A model generated the notes under the pieces. The model was not told the DNA's origin, did not search any database, and saw nothing but the letters and a program-made list of their open reading frames with translations. Of a DNA stretch of 64,000 nt, positions 19,376-27,741 are shown in pieces (position 1 is the stretch's first letter; each line of letters begins with the position of its first letter). The translations under genes and the position numbers were made by a program. Source of the stretch: a bacterium. GTDB lineage: Bacteria; Patescibacteriota; Dojkabacteria; GCA-002793355. The stretch is taken from assembly GCA_020853235.1 (NCBI GenBank), contig JADYZG010000008.1, forward strand, positions 14,498 through 78,497, in the 5' to 3' direction.

Positions 19376-19463
19376 ACAAAATCAAAGATTATCCCATTAA
19401 ATGAATTCCCTCATATATGATTCAAGTTTCACAACGTATTTTATACGAGATTTCTCGAAAATA

Positions 19464-19492
19464 TTGACGTACTTTTTAATAAGCTTTATAGT
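19464..19492 (+). promoter_or_regulatory. Sigma70-like promoter (TTGACG - 17 nt - TATAGT) for the NHL-repeat gene
   Basis: ttgacg at 19464-19469, exact 17-nt spacer, tatagt at 19487-19492. GAGG Shine-Dalgarno at 19508-19511. Confidence 0.45.
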
Positions 19493-19519
19493 GATAGTAA
19501 TATAATTGAGGTTGCTATT

Positions 19520-22500
19520 TTGCTTATGAAACAAAAACTTTACCTGCTCGCAGTCATTGGGTTACTTGCTTTCTCGGGGGGTTGGCTTTACACACAATTT
19601 ACTGGTAATAGTGTTCCTTTTTCTGCTAAATCAGTAAAAGGCCTATCCGAAGGCGCGGTCTATATTCCAAACAACTACGTCGACTTAGGGATTCCAGAGA
19701 ACTTCACCATTTTACCCGACAATTCAATGTGGTTTGTTGATAGCCAAAACTACCGGGTTGTAAAAGTAAACCAATCTGGAACAATATTAAGAACTCTCGG
19801 TAAACAAGGAAGCGAATTTGGGGAATTTTCAGAAGAAGTTCAAGGCATTACCGCAGATTCAGATGGAAACCTCTACGTGCTCGACCTCTGCCATGTTAGC
19901 AAATTCGATTACAATGGTGGATTCATAACCAGTTGGGGTATTTGCGGATCTGGCACCTCTGATTTTTCTTTTGCAAAAGGTATTCATTATAGCCAATCAC
20001 TGAACCAGATTATTGTTGCAGACTCTGATCATCACCGTGTTTTGCGTTTTACTAAAGAGGGCACCTATGTTTCCCAATTTGGCACCGAAGGATCTGGGAA
20101 TGGCGAGTTTAACCAACCAGTAGGCATAACAACGGACAGCAGCGGGCGAATCTATGTTGTCGATTCAGATAATCACAAAGTACAACGATTTAACTCCGCA
20201 GGAGTTTTCGATATTTCTTTCGGATCAGAGGGAACCGGGGACGGACAATTCACTTTTCCAAAAAATGCAGCGATTGATACTACAAATGGTGATATTTATG
20301 TAACTTCACAAAATTCTCAGAAGATACAAATTTTTGATAGTAATGGAGTTTGGAAGTCATCTTGGGGTGAAAATGGTTCAAGTGCCTGGCAATTTCTTGT
20401 GCCAAAAGATATAAAGTTTGATTCAAGTGGTAATGTTTGGGTCACAGACTTTTATAACAAATCACTTCAAAGATTCACCAAAGCAGGAGTCTATATGAGC
20501 GCCATTAGGAATGGGGGTTACGTTTCAGGTCGATTTGCACAGCCACACTCAGCTGCTTACGACTCGACTGGCAATCTCTATGTTCTTGATAATGGTCCCT
20601 ACGACGCTCGTATTCAAAAATTTACCAACGCAGGAACTTTTGTAACAACAATTGTTTCAGCACCAGATATTGGAACAGCAAGTTACCATATGCGCATAAG
20701 GAATAATAAGATTTATGCAACTCACGTCGGTGGAGTAAAGGTTTTTGACCTAACCGGAACCGAGCTGCTCTCATTTGGAACAGAGGGTACAGGTAACGGT
20801 GAATTTCAGGATGCGCGAGGAATTGACGTCGACTCATCGGGTAATATCTATGTTGCGGACTTATTCAACTCAAGGGTACAGAAGTTTGACAGTGATGGAA
20901 ATTATCTATTACAGTGGGGAACCGAAGGTACCGGAAACGGCCAATTCGGAAGGGCTGATGCACTCTATATTGATTCAAGTGATAAAATTTATGTCTCTGA
21001 TAATCCTGGGGATTCCATAACAGATAATACCCGAGTGCAGGTATTTAATACCGCAGGCGTCTATCAATCAACGATTGGTTCATACGGCAACGAAGACAAT
21101 CAGCTTCAACTTGTCACGTACATAAACGAAGACTCAGACGGAAACCTACTTTTTTCCGATGTCCGAGCTCATAAAATCAAAATCTTTACTCCAGCAGGAA
21201 CATATGTATCCTCATATGGGGCATACGGGAGTTCTATTGGTAAATTCAACGAACCTGGCATGGCAATCGTTAACCCAATTACGGGATCATTAACAATCGC
21301 GGACCAAGGAAACCATCGGGTGCAGCTGCTTCCTGCCGGAACAAGAATCTACAACCTTTCTGCGAGTATCGATGTCACTACAGCAAGTAATGACATAAGT
21401 CTTGTCAACAGCTACATTAATCCTGCAAACCCAGAAGCAGACAGCATAAACTCGCGGCTTTATTTTGGAAACATGATTGTCGTTTCAGATTTCACCGTTG
21501 ATATGACTTCTGACAGAAACTGGGAATCTGTCAATGCAACTACACTCGTTGATGGAGCTAAAGCCCTAGTCGTCAACCTTAACCCAACAGATGCTCCAGG
21601 TGTTTCTTCTACTCACGCACTCTATATTGTAAAACAAGAAGGTCAAGTCTCGGTAAGAGTTTGTCCTGATGCAACCACCGTTGAAGAAATTACACTCGAC
21701 TGTACGAACGGTTACGACTTAGTAGAATCCGATCCAGAACTCTCAACTGTCACGATTGATGACGTAACATACTGGAAGGTAACTGGCCTAACAGGAACTG
21801 GAATTATGAGTGAACTTGTTGATCCGACACCTACTCCAACACCTACTGCGACTACAACTCCTACTGCCACCGCAACTCCCACAACCACCGCGAGTACAAC
21901 ACCTACTCCAACCGCAACTCCCACAACCACCGCGAGTACAACACCTACTCCAACCGGGACTTTGATTGTCGTTGATACTTTGGCACCTGCCCCACCGCTA
22001 TCAACTCAAGCTTGTCCAACATTTGATACTTTTACAACCTCAAAAACTATTATACAAAAGGGCGAAAAGGTAAAAGTGCAATGGCAAACTAAGAATACTG
22101 AAGCAGTATTATCAGCACAAGATAACACCTCTTACTCACCTGTTGATTCGGTCGAGATTCCACTTGAAACGACAACGACGTTATCGTTTATCGCAGATAA
22201 CGGTTTTTGTAATGCAAAAAAAACTACAGTCGTTCAGGTCGTTGATGTACTTCCTTGGGTTACAACACTATCCGTTGGAACGGGTGCATTACTTGCAGAA
22301 GCTGTCTTTGCACTACAACAACCGACGCTTTTTGGAAATATATGGTTATCACTTGCGTCGTTTATAGGTCGTCGTAAACGACAAACCTGGGGAGTAATTT
22401 ATGATTCTTCAACCAAAAAACCGCTTGGGCGAGCTGTACTTCGATTACATCGAGTCGACAATGTTGTTGTTGATACAGTCGTTTCCGAAGCAAACGGAAC

Positions 22501-23173
22501 ATACAAACTGACTCCAAAAGTAGGCGTTTATACAATCTCAGTAACTCACCCAGGGTATACATTCCCTTCAACTGCTATCACGGGTGATATAGATGGTGGC
22601 TATGCAAATATCTACAAGGGATCGCAATTACACATTACGGATACGGAACAAGGAATCCTTATGTCTATTCCTCTAGATCCAGCCAATCTTAGCGACAAGG
22701 AGAAAAGCAAACTTAAGAGAAGGTCTTCACTCACAAAGACTATCGAGCTCTTAAGCAACGGGTTAATGATTGGTGGCTTCATGTACTCTTTGTACATCGC
22801 ACTCGTATTCCCACATACGTACAACTACCTTATTCTCGGCTTATACTTTGTCCTCGCATTCACGAAGGTGATAGTGCTTTGGCCAAAGAAAACTAGCGGT
22901 ACTGTAAAATTTGAGAATGGTTCTCCTGTTGCTGGAATTGAAATCGGTTTATTTGATACAGAGTTTAAAAACCTCTTGTACCGAACCTTCACCAACGAAG
23001 CGGGGCAATATACGTTTGTTGTTCCTAATACAACCTATAATCTCAAAATCATGGATAATCGGTACAAAATACTTGACCAAGGCGTCGCAACATCTGGGGT
23101 ACAATTACCGGAATCGGGTACATCTGAAAAGGTAAAAGTAATAAACCAAGACTTATCATTAGTCGCAGTGTAA
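19520..23173 (+). CDS. Giant NHL-repeat surface protein with PT-rich linker and a C-terminal membrane module carrying two carboxypeptidase-regulatory-like domains
   Basis: N-terminal TM/signal and more than 10 NHL-like units (GxGxGEF..P.GI..DS.GNIYV.D..NhRVQ.F). TPTPTPTATTTPTATATPTT linker. TM segments flank ANGTYKLTPKVGVYTISVTHPGYTF and EAGQYTFVVPNTTYNLKIMDNRYK. Start is TTG 19520 or ATG 19526. Confidence 0.8.
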   Translation: MLMKQKLYLLAVIGLLAFSGGWLYTQFTGNSVPFSAKSVKGLSEGAVYIPNNYVDLGIPENFTILPDNSMWFVDSQNYRVVKVNQSGTILRTLGKQGSEFGEFSEEVQGITADSDGNLYVLDLCHVSKFDYNGGFITSWGICGSGTSDFSFAKGIHYSQSLNQIIVADSDHHRVLRFTKEGTYVSQFGTEGSGNGEFNQPVGITTDSSGRIYVVDSDNHKVQRFNSAGVFDISFGSEGTGDGQFTFPKNAAIDTTNGDIYVTSQNSQKIQIFDSNGVWKSSWGENGSSAWQFLVPKDIKFDSSGNVWVTDFYNKSLQRFTKAGVYMSAIRNGGYVSGRFAQPHSAAYDSTGNLYVLDNGPYDARIQKFTNAGTFVTTIVSAPDIGTASYHMRIRNNKIYATHVGGVKVFDLTGTELLSFGTEGTGNGEFQDARGIDVDSSGNIYVADLFNSRVQKFDSDGNYLLQWGTEGTGNGQFGRADALYIDSSDKIYVSDNPGDSITDNTRVQVFNTAGVYQSTIGSYGNEDNQLQLVTYINEDSDGNLLFSDVRAHKIKIFTPAGTYVSSYGAYGSSIGKFNEPGMAIVNPITGSLTIADQGNHRVQLLPAGTRIYNLSASIDVTTASNDISLVNSYINPANPEADSINSRLYFGNMIVVSDFTVDMTSDRNWESVNATTLVDGAKALVVNLNPTDAPGVSSTHALYIVKQEGQVSVRVCPDATTVEEITLDCTNGYDLVESDPELSTVTIDDVTYWKVTGLTGTGIMSELVDPTPTPTPTATTTPTATATPTTTASTTPTPTATPTTTASTTPTPTGTLIVVDTLAPAPPLSTQACPTFDTFTTSKTIIQKGEKVKVQWQTKNTEAVLSAQDNTSYSPVDSVEIPLETTTTLSFIADNGFCNAKKTTVVQVVDVLPWVTTLSVGTGALLAEAVFALQQPTLFGNIWLSLASFIGRRKRQTWGVIYDSSTKKPLGRAVLRLHRVDNVVVDTVVSEANGTYKLTPKVGVYTISVTHPGYTFPSTAITGDIDGGYANIYKGSQLHITDTEQGILMSIPLDPANLSDKEKSKLKRRSSLTKTIELLSNGLMIGGFMYSLYIALVFPHTYNYLILGLYFVLAFTKVIVLWPKKTSGTVKFENGSPVAGIEIGLFDTEFKNLLYRTFTNEAGQYTFVVPNTTYNLKIMDNRYKILDQGVATSGVQLPESGTSEKVKVINQDLSLVAV
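21869..21956 (+). repeat. Perfect 42-bp tandem duplication (2 units plus 4 nt) inside the PT linker of the NHL gene
   Basis: 21869-21910 and 21911-21952 are both accgcaactcccacaaccaccgcgagtacaacacctactcca. In-frame; the duplicated peptide reads ATPTTTASTTPTPT twice. Confidence 0.9.
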
Positions 23174-23193
23174 GCCAAAACGTGGATAAGAAA

Positions 23194-23202
23194 TGATATA
23201 AT
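23194..23202 (+). promoter_or_regulatory. Extended -10 element (TGATATAAT) upstream of tRNA-Val
   Basis: tgatataat ends 11 nt before the tRNA 5' end. Same architecture as the tRNA-Gly promoter. Confidence 0.4.
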
Positions 23203-23213
23203 TACAGATTCAT

Positions 23214-23286
23214 GGGCAGTTAGCTCAGCTGGTAGAGCTCGCGATTTACATTCGCGCGGTCATAGGTTCGAGTCCTATACTGCCCA
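23214..23286 (+). tRNA. tRNA-Val (anticodon UAC)
   Basis: Acceptor gggcagt/actgccc, anticodon stem cgcga/tcgcg with loop ttTACat, T-arm atagg-ttcgagt-cctat. Confidence 0.9.
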
Positions 23287-23620
23287 TGTTTTGTTTTTGA
23301 CCAGAGGTTAAAAACGAAACATGAAAACTTTTAGGCGAGAACCAAAAGTTTCAGAGAAAATTTTAGGTTCGTAGTCCTATTTCGAATGCAGTGAGAAATA
23401 TGGAATATACTGCCCATGTATTTTTAGAAGTTCTTCTTCTAGAAATACGTGTGCCTATGATGTCGAGAACCTATGAGGACTAATGTACTTAATAGGGAGA
23501 GGACAATTACGAGAACAGCGAGTAATATGGCATATACTGCCCCTATTTTGCTTTTGACCAGAGATTAAAAACAAAACATGCAAACTTTTAGGCGAGAACC
23601 AAAAGTTTCATAGAAAATTT
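23276..23620 (+). repeat. Array of tRNA-Val 3'-end copies plus a duplicated 77-nt double-hairpin module
   Basis: tatactgcccatgt occurs at 23276-23289 (the real tRNA 3' end) and 23406-23419, and tatactgccc at 23533-23542. A degenerate T-arm copy taggttcgtagtcctat lies at 23364-23380. Module 23287-23363 versus 23544-23620 is 71/77 identical by manual alignment. Confidence 0.75.
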
Positions 23621-23723
23621 ATGATTACGAAAACCCAAGAATATTTACGGAACAATTACTGGATATTCTTTACCTGTGGTGGAAATCATATCCAGAAACA
23701 AGAAAGAGTATTACAAACGATAT

Positions 23724-24107
23724 TTACTCGACTCTAGAACTATACGGACTTTCGCTTTTCTTAATAAATCTCACATGTCGTTCATTTTCTTCTTTAAATG
23801 CAGGAGAGACTGTCAATATCATTTTCATAGTGCCAAAATAATGTATTCTCGTCTTTGGTGGAACAACAATTAAATCTGTTGGTTTGACCTCAACTCTTTC
23901 ATCATCCAAGACGAACAATCCCTTTCCTTCAACAATGTAGTAGATGAAGTAACTCTCCTCGTCGAAAAATTCTTGAAAATGACCTTCTTCAACAGAAATA
24001 GCGACAACATTTACTTCCTGTACTCCTTCACCATACACCACCAGGTCGATACCATGTTTACGTAACTTCTTCGCCTCACTCGCTAAAAACTTATACTTCT
24101 TTTTCAT
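23724..24107 (-). CDS. Cupin-fold small protein
   Basis: 127 aa, beta-rich, with cupin-like blocks (HFQEFFDEESYFIYYIVEGKG...V.PTDLIVVPP). Its start overlaps the ABC gene's end by 17 nt. Confidence 0.55.
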   Translation of the reverse strand: MKKKYKFLASEAKKLRKHGIDLVVYGEGVQEVNVVAISVEEGHFQEFFDEESYFIYYIVEGKGLFVLDDERVEVKPTDLIVVPPKTRIHYFGTMKMILTVSPAFKEENERHVRFIKKSESPYSSRVE

Positions 24108-25926
24108 TCTTTTTCTCTCTCACTTTAAACTTTCTCTCCCTCAACTTGTGATCCTCTAACTCGTAAACTTTTGTCATATACTTTGCGTGAGTTGTATGTT
24201 CACTAATCCAGATAAGCGTTCGTTTTCCAATGAATTTCAAGAGTTTGGGAAGCATTTCTTTAACCGAGTGGCCATCGATATAGGTAAACGGTTGATCAAA
24301 CAAGAAAATATCCCGATTTCTATAAATCGCTCGCGCGATTGCAAGTCTTTGCCAGTGACCAGACGAAATTGAAACACTCCCATCGAAATAATTACCGAGT
24401 ATAGTCTTTTGATCGTCGATCCCCGCTGCTTTCATCCAAACATCTAGACCTGTAATCGATAATGCTTTCTTATATAACGTCACGTCAAACTGCTTTTTAG
24501 GGTCACCGAGCACTATGTTTTCTCTAAGTGTTAAGTAGTAACGCGCGAAATCTTCTGGAACAACAGACATTTTGGCCTTTATTTGTCCGCGGGCAAGTTT
24601 CGGAACCGGTGTTTTACTCATGCGAATAAGCCCATCTTTAAGCACATACATTCCAGCAAGGAGTGCAAGAATAGAACTTTTTCCAGTACCATCTTTACCA
24701 AGAAGCATAACTTTTTCACCTGGTTCAATAACCACAGAAACATCTTTGAGAATTTGCTTACCGGTCCCGGTATACGTAAATGACGCATCTTCTAGCGAAA
24801 TCCTCGGAGTCCCCTTTGGCAAATGTTTCCCCTTTTTTCGGTTATCAGCGAAACCTTTTATATCCTGAAACTCGTATAGATACTTAATAAAGGTCAACTC
24901 ATCAAACATAGAAATAAGATTCTTAAGTATATTGTAACTGTTCTTGTATAACGAATCGACGTACCCCAATGTCGCTGTAATTTTACCAATCGCCATCCTC
25001 TGCATAATATTTGATACCAAAACCCAGGTTTTAAGTCCTAACAACATGCTTTGATCTATAATATCCATCACAGCAGATTTCTTTTCAGAGCCGACGAGTA
25101 TCGTTTTGTACCCGCTACTCACTAAATCGGCGACATGTCGATAACGTGTAATTAAGGATCGAAAAACACCATTTATCTTCCTTTCGGGAAAAGTTCTTGC
25201 ATCAATTAATGCCGAAAAATAGTAATTTCGCTCCAACATTAAAGAAGCAACGTTATCAACATAACGCGTATGTCGTCTGTTATTGAAGAACTCCACAATT
25301 ATTTGTGGAATTGGGACGAGAAGGACCAGTATAGCCGTAACTGGTGAGAATGCAAATAATGCGCCCAACGCAATAACAATCGAAAGGAGATATTCACCAA
25401 CACCAGCCAAACGCTCGTAAAATCCAACGGCACTTGACAACCAGAATGACTCTATTTTGGTGATTAGATCTTTTACCTGTTCCCCATCTATCTCTTGCGA
25501 GTTCAGTTTATGAAATTTCTCAGTAATATCTTGTCGGTACACAACGATTGATTCGTTTTTTATCCTAATTAGTGCTGATTGATATACAATGTCCAATACT
25601 CTAACGAATCGAGCTCCGCAGAACAAAGCAAGTAAATAAATGACAGGTAACGGGACTGAAATATTTGAGAAAAAATGAAAAGAAGTCGGGTTTTTATAAT
25701 AGGTGACTATACTATCGACAAACAAACCTGTCAGAAAGATATTTGCAGCATTGATTGGAGCCTTTAGTAACCCGGCGATAATACCTTTCCAAAATGATTT
25801 TTTATCAAACGACGAAAAATAAGTGAGATGCCGAACAAGCACCTTCCAGTAAAGCGCTACTTTCTGAAAAAAACTGGCAAGGTATTTTATTTGAACGGTA
25901 CGCTTTGCTTGATTCCGGGCGGACAT
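24091..25926 (-). CDS. ABC exporter half-transporter with a degenerate Walker B (D-Q instead of D-E)
   Basis: TM domain plus NBD: Walker A GKDGTGKSS, signature ISSGHWQR, Walker B IFLFDQPFTYID, H-loop region ISEHT. Confidence 0.8.
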   Translation of the reverse strand: MSARNQAKRTVQIKYLASFFQKVALYWKVLVRHLTYFSSFDKKSFWKGIIAGLLKAPINAANIFLTGLFVDSIVTYYKNPTSFHFFSNISVPLPVIYLLALFCGARFVRVLDIVYQSALIRIKNESIVVYRQDITEKFHKLNSQEIDGEQVKDLITKIESFWLSSAVGFYERLAGVGEYLLSIVIALGALFAFSPVTAILVLLVPIPQIIVEFFNNRRHTRYVDNVASLMLERNYYFSALIDARTFPERKINGVFRSLITRYRHVADLVSSGYKTILVGSEKKSAVMDIIDQSMLLGLKTWVLVSNIMQRMAIGKITATLGYVDSLYKNSYNILKNLISMFDELTFIKYLYEFQDIKGFADNRKKGKHLPKGTPRISLEDASFTYTGTGKQILKDVSVVIEPGEKVMLLGKDGTGKSSILALLAGMYVLKDGLIRMSKTPVPKLARGQIKAKMSVVPEDFARYYLTLRENIVLGDPKKQFDVTLYKKALSITGLDVWMKAAGIDDQKTILGNYFDGSVSISSGHWQRLAIARAIYRNRDIFLFDQPFTYIDGHSVKEMLPKLLKFIGKRTLIWISEHTTHAKYMTKVYELEDHKLRERKFKVREKKNEKEV

Positions 25927-26034
25927 GTTTGATTATAACACTCAAGCTCACAGATATTTATTTATATTTAACACAGGTAAATACTCCAATTTAGTTTCAA
26001 TAACTGTGTGTGGATCAAATTCAATGGACCTGAC

Positions 26035-26108
26035 GGGATTCGAACCCGTGACCCTTCGCATGCCATGCGAATGCTCTAGCCAGCTGAGCTACAGGCCCAA
26101 AGTAAGGA
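26035..26108 (-). tRNA. tRNA-Ala (anticodon GGC)
   Basis: The reverse complement folds with acceptor gggcctg/caggtcc, including the G3:U70 Ala identity pair. Anticodon stem ttcgc/gcgaa, loop atGGCat. Confidence 0.9.
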
Positions 26109-26176
26109 ATTATACCGTACATCTCGAATATGTTCTACAAAAAACCTGCCAAAGTAGAAGAAGGTATGATTAAAAA

Positions 26177-26578
26177 TTATCGCTTCACAAACTTTTTACC
26201 CTTACCGTATCCTCTTGTAACAATCTTCCCTTGTTGCACTAAAGTCTCAATATATCTTCGAACCGAGCGATAAGAAATTTTCGAGACACTTACGAGCATA
26301 ACCTGCGTATATTCTTTCCCTTTTTTCATAACTGAGAGCAGTTTTTTCGCATTTCCAAGTTTTGCAACTACCAGTTTTGATTTTTTCTTTACTGTTCTTT
26401 TACGTTGAGATTTGAATGGCGAACTTTCGACGATCTTTTCAACCAATTTTTCCTCGAATGCCTCAACCTGCTTGTTACCTATAAATTTTCTGAGTAGGAA
26501 ACCAACAGCAATAATTCCCGCTGCACCGACAACAACTCCTGCAACTGTAGAGGCAACTTTTTGGTTATTCATGAACAT
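26177..26578 (-). CDS. Membrane-tethered small protein with basic linker and C-terminal winged-helix-like domain
   Basis: Start chosen at MFMNNQK (ATG 26578), because the longer track ORF would overlap trpS by about 90 nt. TM is VAGVVVGAAGIIAVGFLL; the C-terminus reads ISYRSVRRYIETLVQQGKIVTRGYGKGKKF. Confidence 0.45.
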   Translation of the reverse strand: MFMNNQKVASTVAGVVVGAAGIIAVGFLLRKFIGNKQVEAFEEKLVEKIVESSPFKSQRKRTVKKKSKLVVAKLGNAKKLLSVMKKGKEYTQVMLVSVSKISYRSVRRYIETLVQQGKIVTRGYGKGKKFVKR

Positions 26579-27575
26579 ACAATCCCATCTTAGCTGCAGC
26601 TTCCAACGTCTTTGGATGAGAAACCTCGTTCGCACGTGTTGCGCCTTCGTCAAGAATCATTCGCATTTGATCTTTATCGTTAAGAAATTCGTTCATTCTT
26701 AGTTGGAATGGTTCAAGATATGCAATAACTGCATCGGCTACCGCAGATTTGAAAGTACCGTAACCTTGAGTCCCATATTCCGTTACTAAATCATCATGCG
26801 ATCGATTGGTCACTGCGGCAAAAATTGCGAGTAAATTACTAACCCCAGGTTTATTGACCTGATCGAATGCAACCAAAGAATCGTTATCAGTAACAGCTCT
26901 CATAATCTTTTTTCGAATAACATCCACAGGATCAGTAAGAGAAATTCTTCCTGCATCATCTCTATCTGATTTACTCATTTTCTTCGTTGGATTTTGCAAG
27001 TCATAGATTCGTGTAGCCTCTTCACTTGTTTCGAACCTAGGAGTCTTAAACGTCTGTCCATATTGAGAGTTAAAGCGGTTAGCAATATTGCAGGTTAACT
27101 CAACGTGTTGTTTTTGATCTGAACCGACAGGAACCGTATCAACATCATAGAGCAGAATATCTGCAGCCATGAGCGCCGGATATGTGTATAAACCTGTTCC
27201 GACAGCTTCCTTATAACTCTCGAATTTTGTCTTCTTGTCTTTAAACTGTGTCATCTTGTCTAACCAACTCATAGGAGTCAAACACTGAAACATCCAACCA
27301 ACATACGCGTGATCTGGATTCTGGGATTGAGCAAAGACAATGTGCTTTTTATAATCAACACCAGAGGCGAGGAGCGTCGCTGCTAATTCATAGATTTGTT
27401 TTTTAAGGCTTTCGGGATCCTGCTTAACCGTAATTGAGTGTTGATCAACAATCATTAAATACGCCTCAGGGTCGACTTCTTTATTAACCAACCCATGCCA
27501 TGGCAAAATACTTCCAAGCAAATTTCCAAGATGCAGTGTTCCAGAGGGTTGGAGTCCGGTAAGTATTTTTGTCAT
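26565..27575 (-). CDS. trpS: Tryptophanyl-tRNA synthetase
   Basis: TGLQPSGTLHLGNLLG (HIGH-type), KMSKS present, about 335 aa, typical TrpRS blocks (QSQNPDHA, PALMAADILLY, VPVGSDQKQHVEL). Confidence 0.9.
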   Translation of the reverse strand: MTKILTGLQPSGTLHLGNLLGSILPWHGLVNKEVDPEAYLMIVDQHSITVKQDPESLKKQIYELAATLLASGVDYKKHIVFAQSQNPDHAYVGWMFQCLTPMSWLDKMTQFKDKKTKFESYKEAVGTGLYTYPALMAADILLYDVDTVPVGSDQKQHVELTCNIANRFNSQYGQTFKTPRFETSEEATRIYDLQNPTKKMSKSDRDDAGRISLTDPVDVIRKKIMRAVTDNDSLVAFDQVNKPGVSNLLAIFAAVTNRSHDDLVTEYGTQGYGTFKSAVADAVIAYLEPFQLRMNEFLNDKDQMRMILDEGATRANEVSHPKTLEAAAKMGLYVHE

Positions 27576-27741
27576 ACGAGCATTATAACCGAGGAGTTTA
27601 AAGAATTAAAGAATTATTGAATTAATTGAGGAGCTGAGTAATAAAGTAGTTAGACAGTTAAGGAATAATCCCGCAAGACTCTCACAAATTTAATTACCCA
27701 GTTATTTTGCTACTGCACTAACTAGCTATTCAGCTATACAA

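Noticed and set aside
21800-21960. Repetitive acc/act/cca-rich DNA that could be mistaken for a repeat array or CRISPR
   Set aside because: It is in-frame coding sequence for a Thr/Pro/Ala linker of the NHL protein. It has no spacer-repeat periodicity and no cas genes. It is reported as a coding tandem repeat instead.
23376-23388. 13-nt word tcctatttcgaat shared, in inverted orientation, with 35313-35327 near tRNA(CAU) and the recombinase. This was a possible link between the two tRNA loci.
   Set aside because: A single 13-mer match between two strands of a 64-kb AT-rich window is expected by chance many times over, and the similarity does not extend.
25925-26173. 82-aa plus-strand ORF containing the peptide DLTGFEPVTLRMPCECSSQLSYRP
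   Set aside because: It is the translation of the antisense of tRNA-Ala(GGC) at 26035-26108, a classic tRNA-shadow ORF. The same applies to 37834-38055 (over tRNA-fMet) and 61279-61533 (over tRNA-Ser).
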